A stretch of 64,000 nucleotides of DNA from Mayamaea pseudoterrestris (GCA_027923505.1 BROI01000009.1:248001-312000), one strand, 5' to 3'; positions 47,801 to 61,132 are shown, counted from the first letter of the stretch. Made by a program: numbers and translations. Notes: generated from the letters alone by a model not told the origin.

Positions 47801-49651
47801 AAGCTGTGATATTAACTTGTTTTTCTCATTGTTGTCATCAATGTCCAAGTTGAACCACTGGTCGAACTGCTCCGCCGACTCAAATACATCAGGCACCTGC
47901 AACGGAGAAAAGCGACATTGAGAGAGGAAAAGGGCATTATTATGGAAGGATCAGTCGGTACGACTCACAAGAAAGTTGAGCAGTGCCCAAAGCTCCAAAA
48001 GAGAGTTTTGGAGCGGGGTCCCTGTGAGAAGAAGGCGGTAACGAGTTTCGAACGTCCGAACCGTCTGAGAAAAGGTTGAAGCATCGTTTTTTAGTCGATG
48101 GGCCTGGGTGATAAGAAGTAGTACATTTGTAAGTACCGAATCCGAATATATTTACATAAACCTTCGCCCTACATAATCGCACCTCGTCGATGATCAAGTA
48201 GCTCCAGGTGAACCTGCCCAACGTAGCACGTTCCATATTGCAAACCTCGTAGGTAGTGACAATGACATTCCAAGTCCGCTCCTCGTCGCGCATTGCCGGC
48301 TCAAGTTCATTCTTGATAATCGATTCCCTCGTCTCCCGATCACCATGGAATCGAATCGCCTTTAAAGTAGGAGCCCATCGAGCAAACTCATTCATCCATT
48401 GGCTAAGTGTGGATTTTGGCACGCATACAATATGCGGACCAGTGACCCCTCGGTACTCGTTCATGTAGACAAGAACCGAAATTGACTGGAGTGTCTTTCC
48501 TAGTCCCTACGACGTCCGCATAGAGCCCGTTCATGTTGGGTGAGTCGCCATATGCACAAGCCTAGCACATACTCTACTAATTGCTTATCTTACCATCTCG
48601 TCGGCAAGAATACCATTGACTCCATTCTCTTGTAATCGAATCATCCAGTTCAAGCCTTCTAATCTGTTGAGCGAAAAGCGTCGCGTGAGTGATGTTAAGA
48701 GCTGTATTATCATTTTTATAAGAGCCAAACTTACTGATAGTCTCTCATTTGACCATGACCAATCGTACTAGGTTGTTTGGTGAGGAAGATAGCCTCATGT
48801 TCGTCGGCTTCCTCTAACGCATCGAGTTCCTCCTCCACGCTAGACTTGGCCAAATCCCGTCGGGACGACGCTCCTGTGCCGTTCTGGCTTTTGTCCATGG
48901 TGGCACTCGCAACACCCGATTTGGTACCATACTTGAGAGCGTCTTGCTTGATGCGTCCAAAGTGTGAAAAAATGTTGGACTGTTTGAGCAGATATTCAAG
49001 CCGGCGATTGGCTTGCTCGGCTCGTTCCTTGCGCAAATCTTCCTGTCGAGCTGTTATATACTGCTCCTTCTTGACCTTCGCGACCTTCTTTGCAGCAAGA
49101 TGCTCTTGTTGCTTTTGCGATATTTGTCGCGGAACCTTTTTCGGCCTTGCTTGAGAATTGGACGATTGTGATGCTGACGACTCGTCGCTTGCTGCATCCT
49201 TATTCAGTTCCTCCTTCTTGTGCTTATTCTTTCGTTTTTTCTCAAGCTTGCGGCGAGTCGTTCGAACGCCGTCCATAAGAATGTCTTCTGGGCTTTCAAC
49301 AAACAGTTGATCTCGCTCCTGTCTAAGTTTTTCGGCGCGCTCCAATGCTTGCAAGTCGGCTCTGCTCGACTCCTGCTCAAATCGGGCAGAGTCACGCTGA
49401 GCCATCTCCGTAAATGGTTGCTTTTCGTCAGCTGACATTCCGTTCCAACGTTCTCGTACATTTCTTCCGAATACCGCAATATCGAACTTTCCCGTCTCAC
49501 GGATCACTTGTTCCTTGACTTCTGCAGTGACGGCTGCCTGGAAAAAGCTGTAGGCGGACTGTGCCTTGCGAATGGTTGTGGATTCTACATTAGAGAACTC
49601 GGGCTCAACGGCCACCCAGTCGGATCGATTCTCCTTCTTCTTGGAGGTCAT
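44828..49651 (-). CDS. ISWI: ISWI-family SNF2 chromatin-remodelling ATPase with N- and C-terminal HMG boxes, 9 exons
   Basis: Exons 49651-48735, 48663-48594, 48506-48183, 48103-47969, 47896-47732, 47652-47177, 47103-47038, 46950-46939 and 46859-44828. Motifs [31 protein letters not shown] and QAQDRAHRIGQ; SANT and SLIDE segments are recognisable. Confidence 0.9.
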
Positions 49652-50108
49652 GTGTAGTTTTATTCTTGCTCGGAATTGTCCAACAGCAAATACATCGCAG
49701 ATGCGCTTCACTGACTGTGAAACAAAGTTGTGGTTTCTTTTTTGTGGCGCGCCTTAATTTTGGCACTTACAGTTCAGGTTAATCGCACCGTTACTCACGT
49801 GAGCTGAACCGTCGAAGTCTACCATGGCGCTACAAATACCTTCACTGTGAACTCCTCCTCCATCGCATTGCACGACTATCTGATTACGGATCACGTACTG
49901 CCTAGAAGCACGGAATCAAAGTATTTGTTTTCCGGCGATTGAACAAGCTCTCCCGCTTCACTCGTTATTCTTTGCTGAATAATTTGCGAACAATGAACAG
50001 CACGAGATACGAGATAATGCGAGTGAAAAAGCAACTACCGGTAGAGCCGTACGGCTTAGTTTCATCATCCACATTAAGCAATGGTAATCCGGATCAGTCT
50101 CGGCGCAG

Positions 50109-53100
50109 GATGGCCGCACCAAACATTTGTTCGAACGAATTAGAAGTATTGACGGACGGATACAATCCACGAGCGACCTTGAAGCAACCTGCGTCATACC
50201 AGTTCTCTGCCGATTCTTCCCAACATTCTGCGCCTAAATTTCCCCAGCAAGATTTATCGATGCAGCCAGCTTCGCGGACGAATGATACGATAGAAGACGA
50301 AACGCATCAGACTCATTTACTTATGACTCTACTTCCGTGCCTCTACTGTTACGTGATACTTTTACGGATCGTTGGACAAGCGTCAATGCTTCCGTTACAA
50401 GCGTCCATTTCGGTCGCCTTGTTGCTATACACGGCAGATCTTGCCAATGTGCCACGATCGACTTATTTATATGGTTTCTTGGCTTCAATGGCTGGTCTTG
50501 CAATGACGATGATTTACGTTTCTGCTGCGAACGGTGTGGGAATTGGTTCGCTATTGTTGAATGCCATGATCACACTTCTGTCCTTGCTGGCTACTTCGCT
50601 GTGGATTTTACGCCACGGAATTAGTTGGCTGGGCTCATCCTCAACTACAGTGTCAAAGCAATTGGAAGCGGCATTGCACGGAGTCTTGCCGCCGCTGTTT
50701 GCAGTCATGACGACTGTATCTTTGGAGAGTTTCAGTAACGGCGCTTCGCACCGTGCGACGCTCATGCCCATTGTTTTTGCAGTGTCTTTGGCTGGGTCGA
50801 TGCTTTGGATTGGATGCGCAAATGGGAGAGCTCAGTTGCATCGCGACTCCGTTGACATGAACGAGCACGACAACACACTAGCTTTTGACACGCGAGGTTA
50901 CTGCATTACGTCGTCCATGGCGAGGGGACATACCTTGCTGCTGCTAGCATTGCCCTCGAGCCTTCAATTTGTCATGCAGTTCGGACATCGCTGGACGCTA
51001 AAAGCTTGGTACGACTTGCTCATTGTTGGGGGTACCTCATACTTGCTCCAATATTTTCTTATGGTGCTTGATCATGCCAAAATCTGCCGGTCGCCATATG
51101 TGAGAGCAGCTGCGCGCAGCATCAGTCGCTACTGGATATGGTTTGGTCGTCCCACGAACCTCAAAAATAGTGTTTGCCCGGTGGCTTTTGTGCTTGTATT
51201 CTGCTTTGCTGTGCAGCAACGCTATCTAATCGCATTGTCCCAGTCGTTTGCGACCCACTATCTGGGAACCAGGCCTTCCGCCAGCATGACATCACTGTAC
51301 TGGATGGTGTCCACGATCTCCTTGCTCTTAACAACCATACTTCGACATACTGCGTCAACATCTGGTAGGACTTTGGCGGAGGAATATCAGGAGGATATTA
51401 TGCAGCTCGGTCTAGCGATTGCTGGGGCTTCCCTCGGTAAAGCATTTGGTTTATCATGGAACTTTACCCCTCTCCCCATTTTGGCGATTTTGGGTTTAGC
51501 GCTATGGTTATCAACCAGATTGCTGAGGTATTTGGCAGTTTTTCTTTTCGTCGCTCAGGCAACTGGGGTTGTGGGTTTTACCTATCGGTTCGCCGGACTG
51601 GAGCACATGACAATGGACTTACCTTTGCATGGCAACATACAACTCACTATTCATCGGTTTGCATACTGTGTATTATGGACGTCTTCGTTATTTGGCATTG
51701 TCACCGGCCTTTCCTTACGATCCGAAGGTGGATTGCTGGGCACGTTCATGAGGCAATGGGATGTTACTGGGGTGTTAATGTTTGTCTACGCGCTGACGTT
51801 TTCGATTCTCGAAATCTCGCTTCTTAAACATCCTATGCCATCCAATGAGCTTGCGGGTGTGGAGCTCGACGCTGAAGATATTCAACATCAGGAAATGCTG
51901 TACAACCACTCTGCTGCGATCTTATCGAGCGCAATTATGGCAGGGCTTGCTGCAATTTTAATGCGCCGAAAAATTATCACGGCGTATACGGGTTGTGCAA
52001 CATTCAGTCTTGGATTTGGAAAAGCTTTGTCTTTTTACATTGATGCCAATGTGGACGCTCGAGACTATAGCAAGCTACATGGAAACGGTCGTTTGGTATT
52101 TGTGCGTGCATTGATAACCATGGGATTAATTGTCGTTTTAATTTTGCCGCGCTTCTTTGTTCAACCAATCCACGTCAAGACAGTATCGAAACGACGATCC
52201 CTGAGCGGCAGATGTGTGGAATTTCCTCGGCGAAACGCGATTGAGCTCGGCGTATATGCGTTTGTTGTTCTCCCTGTGACCCTTGTACTGGCCACTCCCT
52301 ACGTTCTCGTACCACTTATGAAAGCTTTATACGAGCAAGTCCGAGACGATGACGTATATAGCTCCAGGCTACCGGTAACGGAACTTGCTGGTGGAGGTAT
52401 TGCACTGTGGGCGCTCGCTTGTTTAATTATGCTTAATCATACTCTTCCCGATGGCGGCGGCGAAGCTTGGAGAAAGATAACTGGTCTTACGTTTTTATTT
52501 GGCATGGGTGTCGTGTTTGTTGCGCCTACCCTCGGGTCTGGAGTCGACAGCGTTGCTGATCCATACGCTGCCATGGCCAGCGTTGGGTCATTTTCAACCA
52601 CTAGGGGAAAGTACTGGACGGGCGGATGGGGGCTTTTGTCGACTGCGATAGCAACTTTACTCGCTCTTGCTGGCCCGTTAGAACTTAAAGAGCGAGCGTC
52701 AGCAGGGCGCAAAGATCGATTTTTGCTCTTTCGAACGATGGTTTTTAGCCTTTTGTTTGGCGGTGGCGTTGCTTGTTTCATTGTGCTACAGAGTATGAGA
52801 GAATCCAACATCATTTCTCTGCTCATTGTCTTAAGCTCAAGTCTTGCAATTGCGTTTATTGGAACAGTTGCAGCTGTCTTTGGTTGCAATTTATCGCTAG
52901 ACGAATTCCGGGAAGCGCGGCAAATGATGTTTCTGTGGATAATTGTTTGTGCCGTGCTAATCGCACTTTGCTGCCTCGCGGAGGTCCTCATTGCCGACCA
53001 GAGGCACTGTCTTGCTTCAGGGGGCGGGCTATCGTCACTTCTGACAGTATCGTCGATCACTAGCTTGGTCATGGCCATAAGCGTCAAGAGTCGCCAGACG

Positions 53101-53907
53101 AAAAACGAAATGACGCGATCATCCGGTAACATGGCAACAGTGCTCGCGTGGGCTTTCGCTACCACGCTCCTTTATGGAAGATGTGGAGTTGGACGCGTCG
53201 GAGCTGACTTTGAAGTGCAGAGCGTTCTCGGCTGGCCCATTTCAGTTTTAGGAACGATTATTCTTTCCAGCATGCTATTTTTGCTTGAAGGCGAATCGAA
53301 GCTGGAGCGGAGCGCCTTTAAGGGCACGAGAGAGGCGACCAGCCAAACAGTGGTAGGGTCATGTTTCTCCTTTCCGAGCCTTCGACGATCAAACCGTTGG
53401 GCGCCAGTGTACTTTGCCAGCGTCGCCGTCTTTTTAACCACAAGTGTCTATTCCATACTGCTGCGGGGGTCTGGGTTCTTGTCGTTGTTGGACGGAGCAG
53501 TAGCTCACACTCACAATGATTTGCTCGATGCGTTGTCTCGAGACAAAACTGATGAGCTTGGTTGGGGTGGTGATATCTTTATTGTGCGCAACTCTCTCTT
53601 GTCGTCATCCGCACAACTTGCTGGGAGCAGCATCTGGACAGCTCCAAATGTGTTCGGTCCACTGCTGCATCTCGCCGGCCTCCTGGCGACCTTACCGTCA
53701 CTGTGGCTTTTATTTGCCTGTACAATAAAAGCAAAAGCAGTATCGTGTACGCACGTATCATTTGCTCTGCTCTTCTGCTTGATACCGGTTATAGCCTGCT
53801 ACAAAATACCCAGCGTGCAGGTTACTGGATTTCTAGCGTTACTTGGCGGAGTTTATCAAGCTTTTTACGAACAGCGCGCTAAAAAAGAATCAATGATGAG
53901 AATATAG
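50109..53907 (+). CDS. Large polytopic membrane protein, possibly NEF1 (no exine formation 1)-like
   Basis: Intronless ORF with many hydrophobic helices. The N-terminal helices (LLMTLLPC...ALLLYTADLANV, LEAALHGVLP) recall plant NEF1. The start may instead be at 49993. Confidence 0.6.
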
Positions 53908-54000
53908 TTGATGCGAACATAAATGATCAGCTATGTAGATACTGGTATCTACACTGTATGTTTAAATACCAAACAATTGGCAATATACTATAATGTATTC

Positions 54001-55701
54001 TCAAACGTCGGAAACTCCATGGGTGCCGCCAAGGCCTACTGGATATACCTGCGTCCATGCTGACATCATCTGCCGATGCAGACCAGGATGGTTTCGCTCA
54101 AAGTCAAGCGGCGCCTCGCAAAAGGCCACCAAGATTGTGTCGACGGCCGATGAAACTACGCCCAACAGCACCGATGACATGGCTGCACCGACGAGGAAAG
54201 GGAAACCAAACGCGATGAAAACTTCCGCCGTTCCAAATTCTTCGGTCCTATTGGCAGATATTTTTTTAAACGATAACTTGTTAGTTGCCGTCTCCGGTCA
54301 ACACTAAGAATGGCACAACAGATCGCTTATTACGTACCAAGACGGATGCTTCGCAGCCAAGTACATGCCAAAGGCGCCAGTTAAGATACCAATGACAAAG
54401 TTCAAAAGCATGAGGACACGTCCCACTAAGTCGTCATTTAAAATCAAGGTCCATCCGCGAGCGGCAAAAAGATCTGCCGTTTTCTTTCCGGCCGTCATGT
54501 AGTCATATCCATAGAGTCCAACGTACACCATGGCGTACTTGTTAAAGTAGGCTACTAGCCGATCCAAAAAGCCCAAAAGACACTGCAGGACACAAACGAC
54601 AAGCGACGATCCCTGTCCATGACGTACAGCCTCCCGCGTCATGGTGTGCATGATTTGCAAGAGCGCCGTCAGTAGACTCCCAAGACAAACGCTTCCAAAC
54701 GAGAATGTCGAAGCCCGCGAGAACGAGTCCAAAATGGCTGGCGAGCAAAACTGCGAGGCTTCAGTCGGAGCGAAGAACCATGTCGCAACAAGCCCGGCGA
54801 CGGTGACATGCAGCAGGTTTTTGATAACGTGTGCGGTCCAGTAGAATGACACTATGAAGTAAAGCACCGACGCCACGTTCATGTTGGAGTCGCAGTAGTC
54901 TTCCTCAGCAGCGTGACAAGTGGCAGATCCCAAGTAAACGCCAAGCCACGCTAACAAGAAAAGGTATGTGTATATAGAAAAGACTGCAACCATTCCATAC
55001 GCGACAAACGCAACTCCCGCATTGGCTTGCAAAGCCGCCACGGCGGCCGTGAGATTTGCCGTCGCCAATGGAATGCGCTTCCAAACACCACGCGCATATA
55101 CGGCTCCAAATAGCAATAGCAGCGTCGACAGTAAGACTCCTGACCAGAGGTGTATAGTTCCAAAGTAAATGATCAGCAAGGCATTGGCAGCAACGCAAAA
55201 GTATAACGCGATTTGAATAATTTGCGACATAAAGTGCGTCAAGACCCACGCGACAGCAGCCGTCATGAAAAGCGACATGAAACTTGAGAGCGTCGTGATA
55301 GCAAGCATACCGCCAAAAGAGATAATTGTCGTATTGTACGTCGTGGAGGAGGAAGGAGCATTATCGTCGTCGTGGTAGTAAATACTTCGGTCATCCGGCT
55401 TGCTTGACTGTTCGTTGAATTGATAATGCAGAGAAGGGATTCCCCACACGAAGGCCATGTAGACGATCGAAATGATGTGCACGATAAAGACAAGACCCGG
55501 TCCAATATCCCGAAAGCCAGCGGGTTGTTTCGAGCCGGTGGAAACATGTTGAGTCGTTGAGAAAGTCGGTGGTGTCAAGGGTTCGTAGGAACAGTGGTCG
55601 ACTGACTGTGAACGATGGCTCGTTCCTGACTGCTGAAAGTCATACGACGGACCCAAGAGGTTCTCCGAGAGTCCATCATGTTCAAAGGGGGAAGAGTTCA
55701 T
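54001..55701 (-). CDS. Choline transporter-like (CTL/SLC44/PNS1) membrane protein, 2 exons
   Basis: Exons 55701-54338 and 54247-54001. FRDIGPGLVFIVH, RIPLA, FYWTAHVIKN, SFGSVCLGSLL, FNKYAMVYVGLYG and SAVDTILVAFCEAP. Confidence 0.85.
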
Positions 55702-55917
55702 GGTAATATTGCACGGGAGTTGTGCAGGTCGTTGCGCAGCAAAAGTTGTGGCGAATGACCTGGATGGATTTTGCTTTCAAATTCTTCCGTCGTTTCGTCT
55801 TCCTTTGAAAGCGAATGTCGCATCACGACTTACTCGCCGCCGCAAGAGGCGACCATGGACCATGAGATATGCAACATTCATGAGTGTACTCCTGCAATTA
55901 TCATTCATTGACTCATC

Positions 55918-58512
55918 ATGACGACTTCAAGCAAAAGTAGCAAAAGCAAGGAGAATATAGATTCTTCAAGAGTCGCCATGGTCTGGGATCCCAAGAATCC
56001 ATACGTACTAAAGTACGTCGACAATCAATTTCGGCGCCAAGAGAAAAGCAGCAATGGACATTCGCTTCCAGTGCTCAAACAAACGCCAGCGCTCAATGGC
56101 ATTGGATGTTCCGACCCAGAACTTGCAGCATTAGGTGCCATGATTGATGCGACGGAACATTTCTATCAAGACAAGGATCAGCAACTCATCGGTAGCACTG
56201 AGGCGTGTCAGCAACTCTCCCTGCAGTACCGTCGGGCTTTGCGCAGCTGCCTTGCGGACATTGTCGCCACTCTCACGGAGAACCAGCAAGTAAACATGGA
56301 CCTTGACGCGGACAACGAGGATTATCAAGTCAACATGGAATTACTAAAGGCGACCTATCTTGTTCTGCACATTTCCGACATTTTTCTTCCTCTCATTCCT
56401 CGCTCATTGTCATCATTGACAAGATTGGATACAAACTTGGCCTGGAATCAGCCGGGACGAATCACTGCAAACTTTGTGCGCTACCTGAGAATTCAACATT
56501 ACTCTTCGCCGAACGCTTCGCCCCTCTTCCACGAGATTCAAGGTGCTCATCAGCCAGAAGGTTACGGCCGACGTTACTGGGAGCTTGTCGAAGGATTCAT
56601 TATCAGTGGCTCTTTGACGCAGGCTTGGGATTTGTTACAGCGCCATTCCTTGTATCAGCTAGGCTTGCATATGCAGAGCAAGCAGGAGGCGCGTGGAGCT
56701 GACGAAAACATGAACTCGGAGGAATACTTTCTTGCCAAGCGCGCCATGGAAATGGTGCACGCCATGGAGACGATTCAAGAAATTATGAGTCGAGCGCCCT
56801 TGCCGGGAGGACGCAATTCAGAAACTGATGATTCCGTGACACTGGGTTATCCAGAGGAAGTTTTGGATGACATGGATGTTTACGCGGACGATTTTGCAGT
56901 TCAGCCATCGGATTACAACAAGTGGGAGCTGCGTGCAAGCTCATTGAACATGAGCGCCATGTACGGCCTTCAACACCAAACTGTCATGGACAAATATCGC
57001 ACATGGCAAGACTTCGTCAAGGAGACGCGTCGAACGCTTCCTCCTGGCCGACTACCGGAATTGACACGAATCTTGTCGTTGCTGTCGGGCGACTTTTCCG
57101 AATACACTTTTACGCACTGGAGCGAAGCGTTGTTAGCCGACTTGTTGTACCGCAAGCCAGACATGCGACCGCGCGACTTGGTCAAGCGAGCTCGAAAGTT
57201 CATTCGCCTGCATAGTCCGGAGTTAAAACCAAATCTTGAACCGATTATGAGCATTATGGAAGGAAACGCAGCTAAGGCGATCTACCTTTTACAAACGTAC
57301 GGCGGACGCAGTGGAGCTGCTTTGCCAGCGACAACGGTGAGCTGCAGCTAATCGCTTTTCTATATGCTTGTCAAAGTCTATTACTTACACTTTATTGCTT
57401 GAATATTATGTCAGACTGCGCTCATTTACAATTTGTTCATGGAATCGGATATTCTGCGCCCCGAAAATATGGTTCACCTTACGAACCACCTCTACGAAGC
57501 TGCAGAAGCAATCGTTGCTTCCATGCAAGATACGCATGTTGGCGTAACTTTTGCGACTCGCCTACTTTTACCTTTTGTACTTCACGACGGGAATCGGGTT
57601 CTCCTTGCCAATATTTGCGAGATGCTTGGTCATTACTTTCCCCAAACGGATCAAGACGCCATTACGCTGATTAATCTGTGTCGTCCCCTGTTGGAAAAAA
57701 AGAGTACAGGTGCTTTGGACGCATGTTCGGATCTGGTGCTAGCACGTCATCGCTGCCATATAAATTCCATCGACTACTCCAATGCGACGAATTGGATTGT
57801 AAAAGGCATTGCGCTGGAATATCAACTTGAGCGTCCCGGATCTTGTTGCCGGACTCTAGCCAGTCAGAGTTTGCAAATGGCTGAAGCACTCATTAAAGCG
57901 GCGGCGGAAAAAAATTTGAGTGGTAATGGCATAACCGAGGACTATCTGTCTGCGAAACAGGTGATGCTCGTATTGGCGGAGACTTCGAGCACACTTTATG
58001 CAATTCCTGAAACGGAGCTACTTGTTTCTGCCGTTTCTATCTACGAAGCAATACATCATGGCGCTGAGGGAAGGAGTACTGTAGCAAAAGAGGTCATTCG
58101 TGCATTGCAGTCAGTTTCGGATCGTTTGACTTATATTCGCACCAACATCAGCGCTCCTCGCATGCATGTGTGGCTTTTGCAAATTGCGGGAAATCTTCTT
58201 GAGATGGAGATTGGACTTGGCTCAGCAACGGTGTCAACATTTGGTAAGGAAGATCTTTCGGTCTTGTCGGAGCGTTTGCAGGTGCTTAACACAATGCCAT
58301 CAACCCAACTGCCCAACGTTGACGTGGCTCATTTGGACAAGTTATTCTTGAACGCACTTGGATGGACCGAAATGAAGGTGAACAACCAATTAAAGGAGCG
58401 ACGAACCTTTTCTTGGGATGGGGCGAAGTACGGGCACATTCATTCCATCGACCTCGGGTCGTACCCTAAAGACAAACAGGAGGTAGTCGTTCGTATGATG
58501 CTTGACGATTAA
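55918..58512 (+). CDS. NUP85: Nucleoporin Nup85-like, 2 exons
   Basis: Exons 55918-57336 and 57415-58512. YWELVEGFIISGSLTQAWDLLQRH and WSEALLADLLYRKP resemble conserved Nup85 blocks in an all-helical protein. Confidence 0.6.
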
Positions 58513-58580
58513 GCACGACGCCCCCAAAGACAAACAGGAGGCAGTCGTTCGTATGATGCTTGACGATTAAGCACGACGCC
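58464..58580. repeat. 58-bp tandem duplication (2 copies) spanning the Nup85 stop codon
   Basis: ccctaaagacaaacaggaggtagtcgttcgtatgatgcttgacgattaagcacgacgc is repeated from 58522 with 2 substitutions. Confidence 0.95.
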
Positions 58581-58736
58581 AGTTGCACTGTCTGGTACAC
58601 GAACCAAGTAATTATCAGCTCATATATTTAAAGCTGCCCAAATAGCTCATCCTCGTAGGTCTAAAATTACTTGTGTAAATGAAATGGCTCGTTGTTTATC
58701 ATTTATCAATCATGCAGCGTGACTGCACGCTAAAGC

Positions 58737-59134
58737 TTAACTTTTCTTTACGGAGACAATGAGCGGACCAACATTATCGCCGGTCGCTTCATTGTGCTTC
58801 TGATGGGTACCGTCGCATAGTGGAAAAGTTCCAGACAGCCAGCATCGGCAATAAACCTTCTTTCCCTTTTCAATCTCGTCCATTGTGGCTACCTTAGGAG
58901 AGTCAAGATCGATCTAAAAAGGGAGAGGAACAGATAATGTGCTCAGTGCATACAAGGATTAAGGCGTAAAGGAGTGACACATGAGGTACTTACCATGAGG
59001 TTAATTTTGGTTTCGCCCTCCTTTGGTGTGTACTCCGCCGCTGCTGCCGACAATCCCGTCATAGCACGACGACTCTGGACAATTGAAAAGGCCAAGGCCT
59101 TTGCAATGATCAGTGAAAATATCAAGAGCTTCAT
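58737..59134 (-). CDS. CDGSH iron-sulfur (NEET-type) protein, plastid-targeted, 2 exons
   Basis: Exons 59134-58994 and 58913-58737; exon 2 is absent from the ORF track. Leader [18 protein letters not shown]; motif [31 protein letters not shown]. Confidence 0.9.
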
Positions 59135-59328
59135 TACTTGTAGTAAAGAAAACAGATGGATTGGTGAGCAAACGAAAATGAAGTTATCTGATGGGCGGGA
59201 AGTGCGGCTGCCATGGCCCGGGGAACTTCTTGGAAGACATCACTGACGTATGTTCCTTGTTAGCTATTTTCACACAACCAATAAACGCTAGAATTTTCTG
59301 GTTTATCGCAAGCTAAATAGTTGTAATT

Positions 59329-60583
59329 CTACTCCAAAGTAAATCCATTCGCACAGATATCTCCTTGTTTCGAAACCTTTTCGTAAAACGCTTTTCCAGC
59401 CGCCTTGTACTGCTTCTTATCCTTGGCCTGCTGACGCTTGGCCGCCAAGATTTCCGCCTTCTTCGATGCGCGAGTTGCTTCCGCACTAGCCTGAGCACGA
59501 CGTTTAGCAGCGGCATAAGGATCAAGGGCTTCCAAAGCCTCCAAGGAGCGGAGCGGGTTGCGCTTGGGAGCATGCTGCTTCTGTCCTGCCTTGGGCGCCT
59601 TGAGAATGCTTTGAATTTCGTCAGAGTTGATGATACGGGCAATGTCGGCATTGGTCATGGCCGCTGTCGGAATGCGTTTGCCGCCCTCTCCGTATATCGT
59701 TTCAAGGGCATCAAAAGCAGCTTGAGACCAGATGCAAAAGCGTCCCATGTGTCCACCAGGAGCAAGTTGCAGCAAGTTCAAGCGGTCGACGCAGCAAAGC
59801 TCAACTCCAGGCAAATTGCGAAAAGCCTGTTCAACACCATCGTTGGCTTTATAAATGACCAAAGGTCCTCGTCGAAGGACGTAACGGCGGTTGCGCATCT
59901 TACCCTTACCGGCGCGAACCTGCTTCGAGTCGGCAGCCTTCTCCATGTCCGCAAGAGCTCCAACGGCATTAAGAATATCCTTGGCGACGGAAGTCTTCTT
60001 GGAGGCTTCGATGGAAGATTCCATAACAAGAGGAATCTCCGGAACCTCATCAATCACATGTCCACGCGCCATGACGAGAGCAGGGACAGCGGAGGCGGCA
60101 AGAGCCGACGCCACGGCGTAACGCTTTTGCGAAATGTTGATCTTCTTGTTCCACTTGCGCCAAGTTTTGGTCGGGGCGAACATGCGACCACCGCGACACA
60201 TGTTACCTGTGATTATTAGAGTGGCGAAACAAGCAATGAAAAGTATGAGCATCTATTGTTGTGCTGTAGGAGTGAGACGCGTTTGTCGCAACAGCGAAGT
60301 AATGTTACGTACCGTAAGCACCCTGTCCGGAGCGTGAAGTTCCGCCGCCTCCTACACGAGGAATACGGGCAACAGCACGACCAGTACCCCAAGATTCGGC
60401 AACAACTTGCTTTCCAGCGCGAATGTTCACGGCATAGGCCTGGCGATGGTTCTTGTTCATGTTCGTGTGGACGAACTGAACAATGTCCGGACGGAGAGGT
60501 GCCGTCATGACAGCGGGGAGAGTTGTCTCTCCGACTTTTTCGCCTGAAAGGCCAAAGACAGTAACAAGGGGACGAGCAGACAT
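59329..60583 (-). CDS. RPL4: 60S ribosomal protein L4 (uL4), 2 exons
   Basis: Exons 60583-60313 and 60206-59329. [28 protein letters not shown] and [13 protein letters not shown]. Confidence 0.96.
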
Positions 60584-61132
60584 GATGACGAACAGTTACT
60601 CTGCAGCCTTCGATTGGGAATTAAAGACGAGTGATGGCAAAAGCTATGCAGAATGGTATTGCAAGGAGAGTGCGGACGAAGATAGTAAGGCGGTAAGTTG
60701 AAACGCTGCGTCGCATACCTTTTCCAGCCACGTCGTACCGGTACAAAAAGTTGTCGAACGTTGTACGTCGTACCGGTACGACTACCTAGGGTACTGTAGT
60801 CATTAGTAGCATAATGTTGTAGATGCCGTTGCAGTACGTCGCCAGGCAAATGCATTGTATTCTCATACAGTACAACTATGAAAAGCCCAACAATCGGTAC
60901 TTATACTTATAATCAATGCGCGACCAAGTGCATCTATTAGTGTGTCCTTCCTGTTGTTTTTTTGCTTCAAGTCCACCAAGACAACACTTTATCGAAGCAG
61001 CAATAACGCGTATACTAGCTTGCGCGACCGAAAAGCGGACTGAGAACCTGGATATGCAAGTCAGAGGAATGGGCGCTCCATACATCAGTTGAGAGATCCG
61101 AGCAGAATTTAAAAAACTTGCGAGAAATGCCA

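Noticed and set aside
59365..60219. Long antisense ORFs (e.g. 284 aa opposite RPL4; also 19182-19865, 27842-28516, 52437-53165)
   Set aside because: They are shadows of codon-biased genes on the other strand and have no independent motifs.
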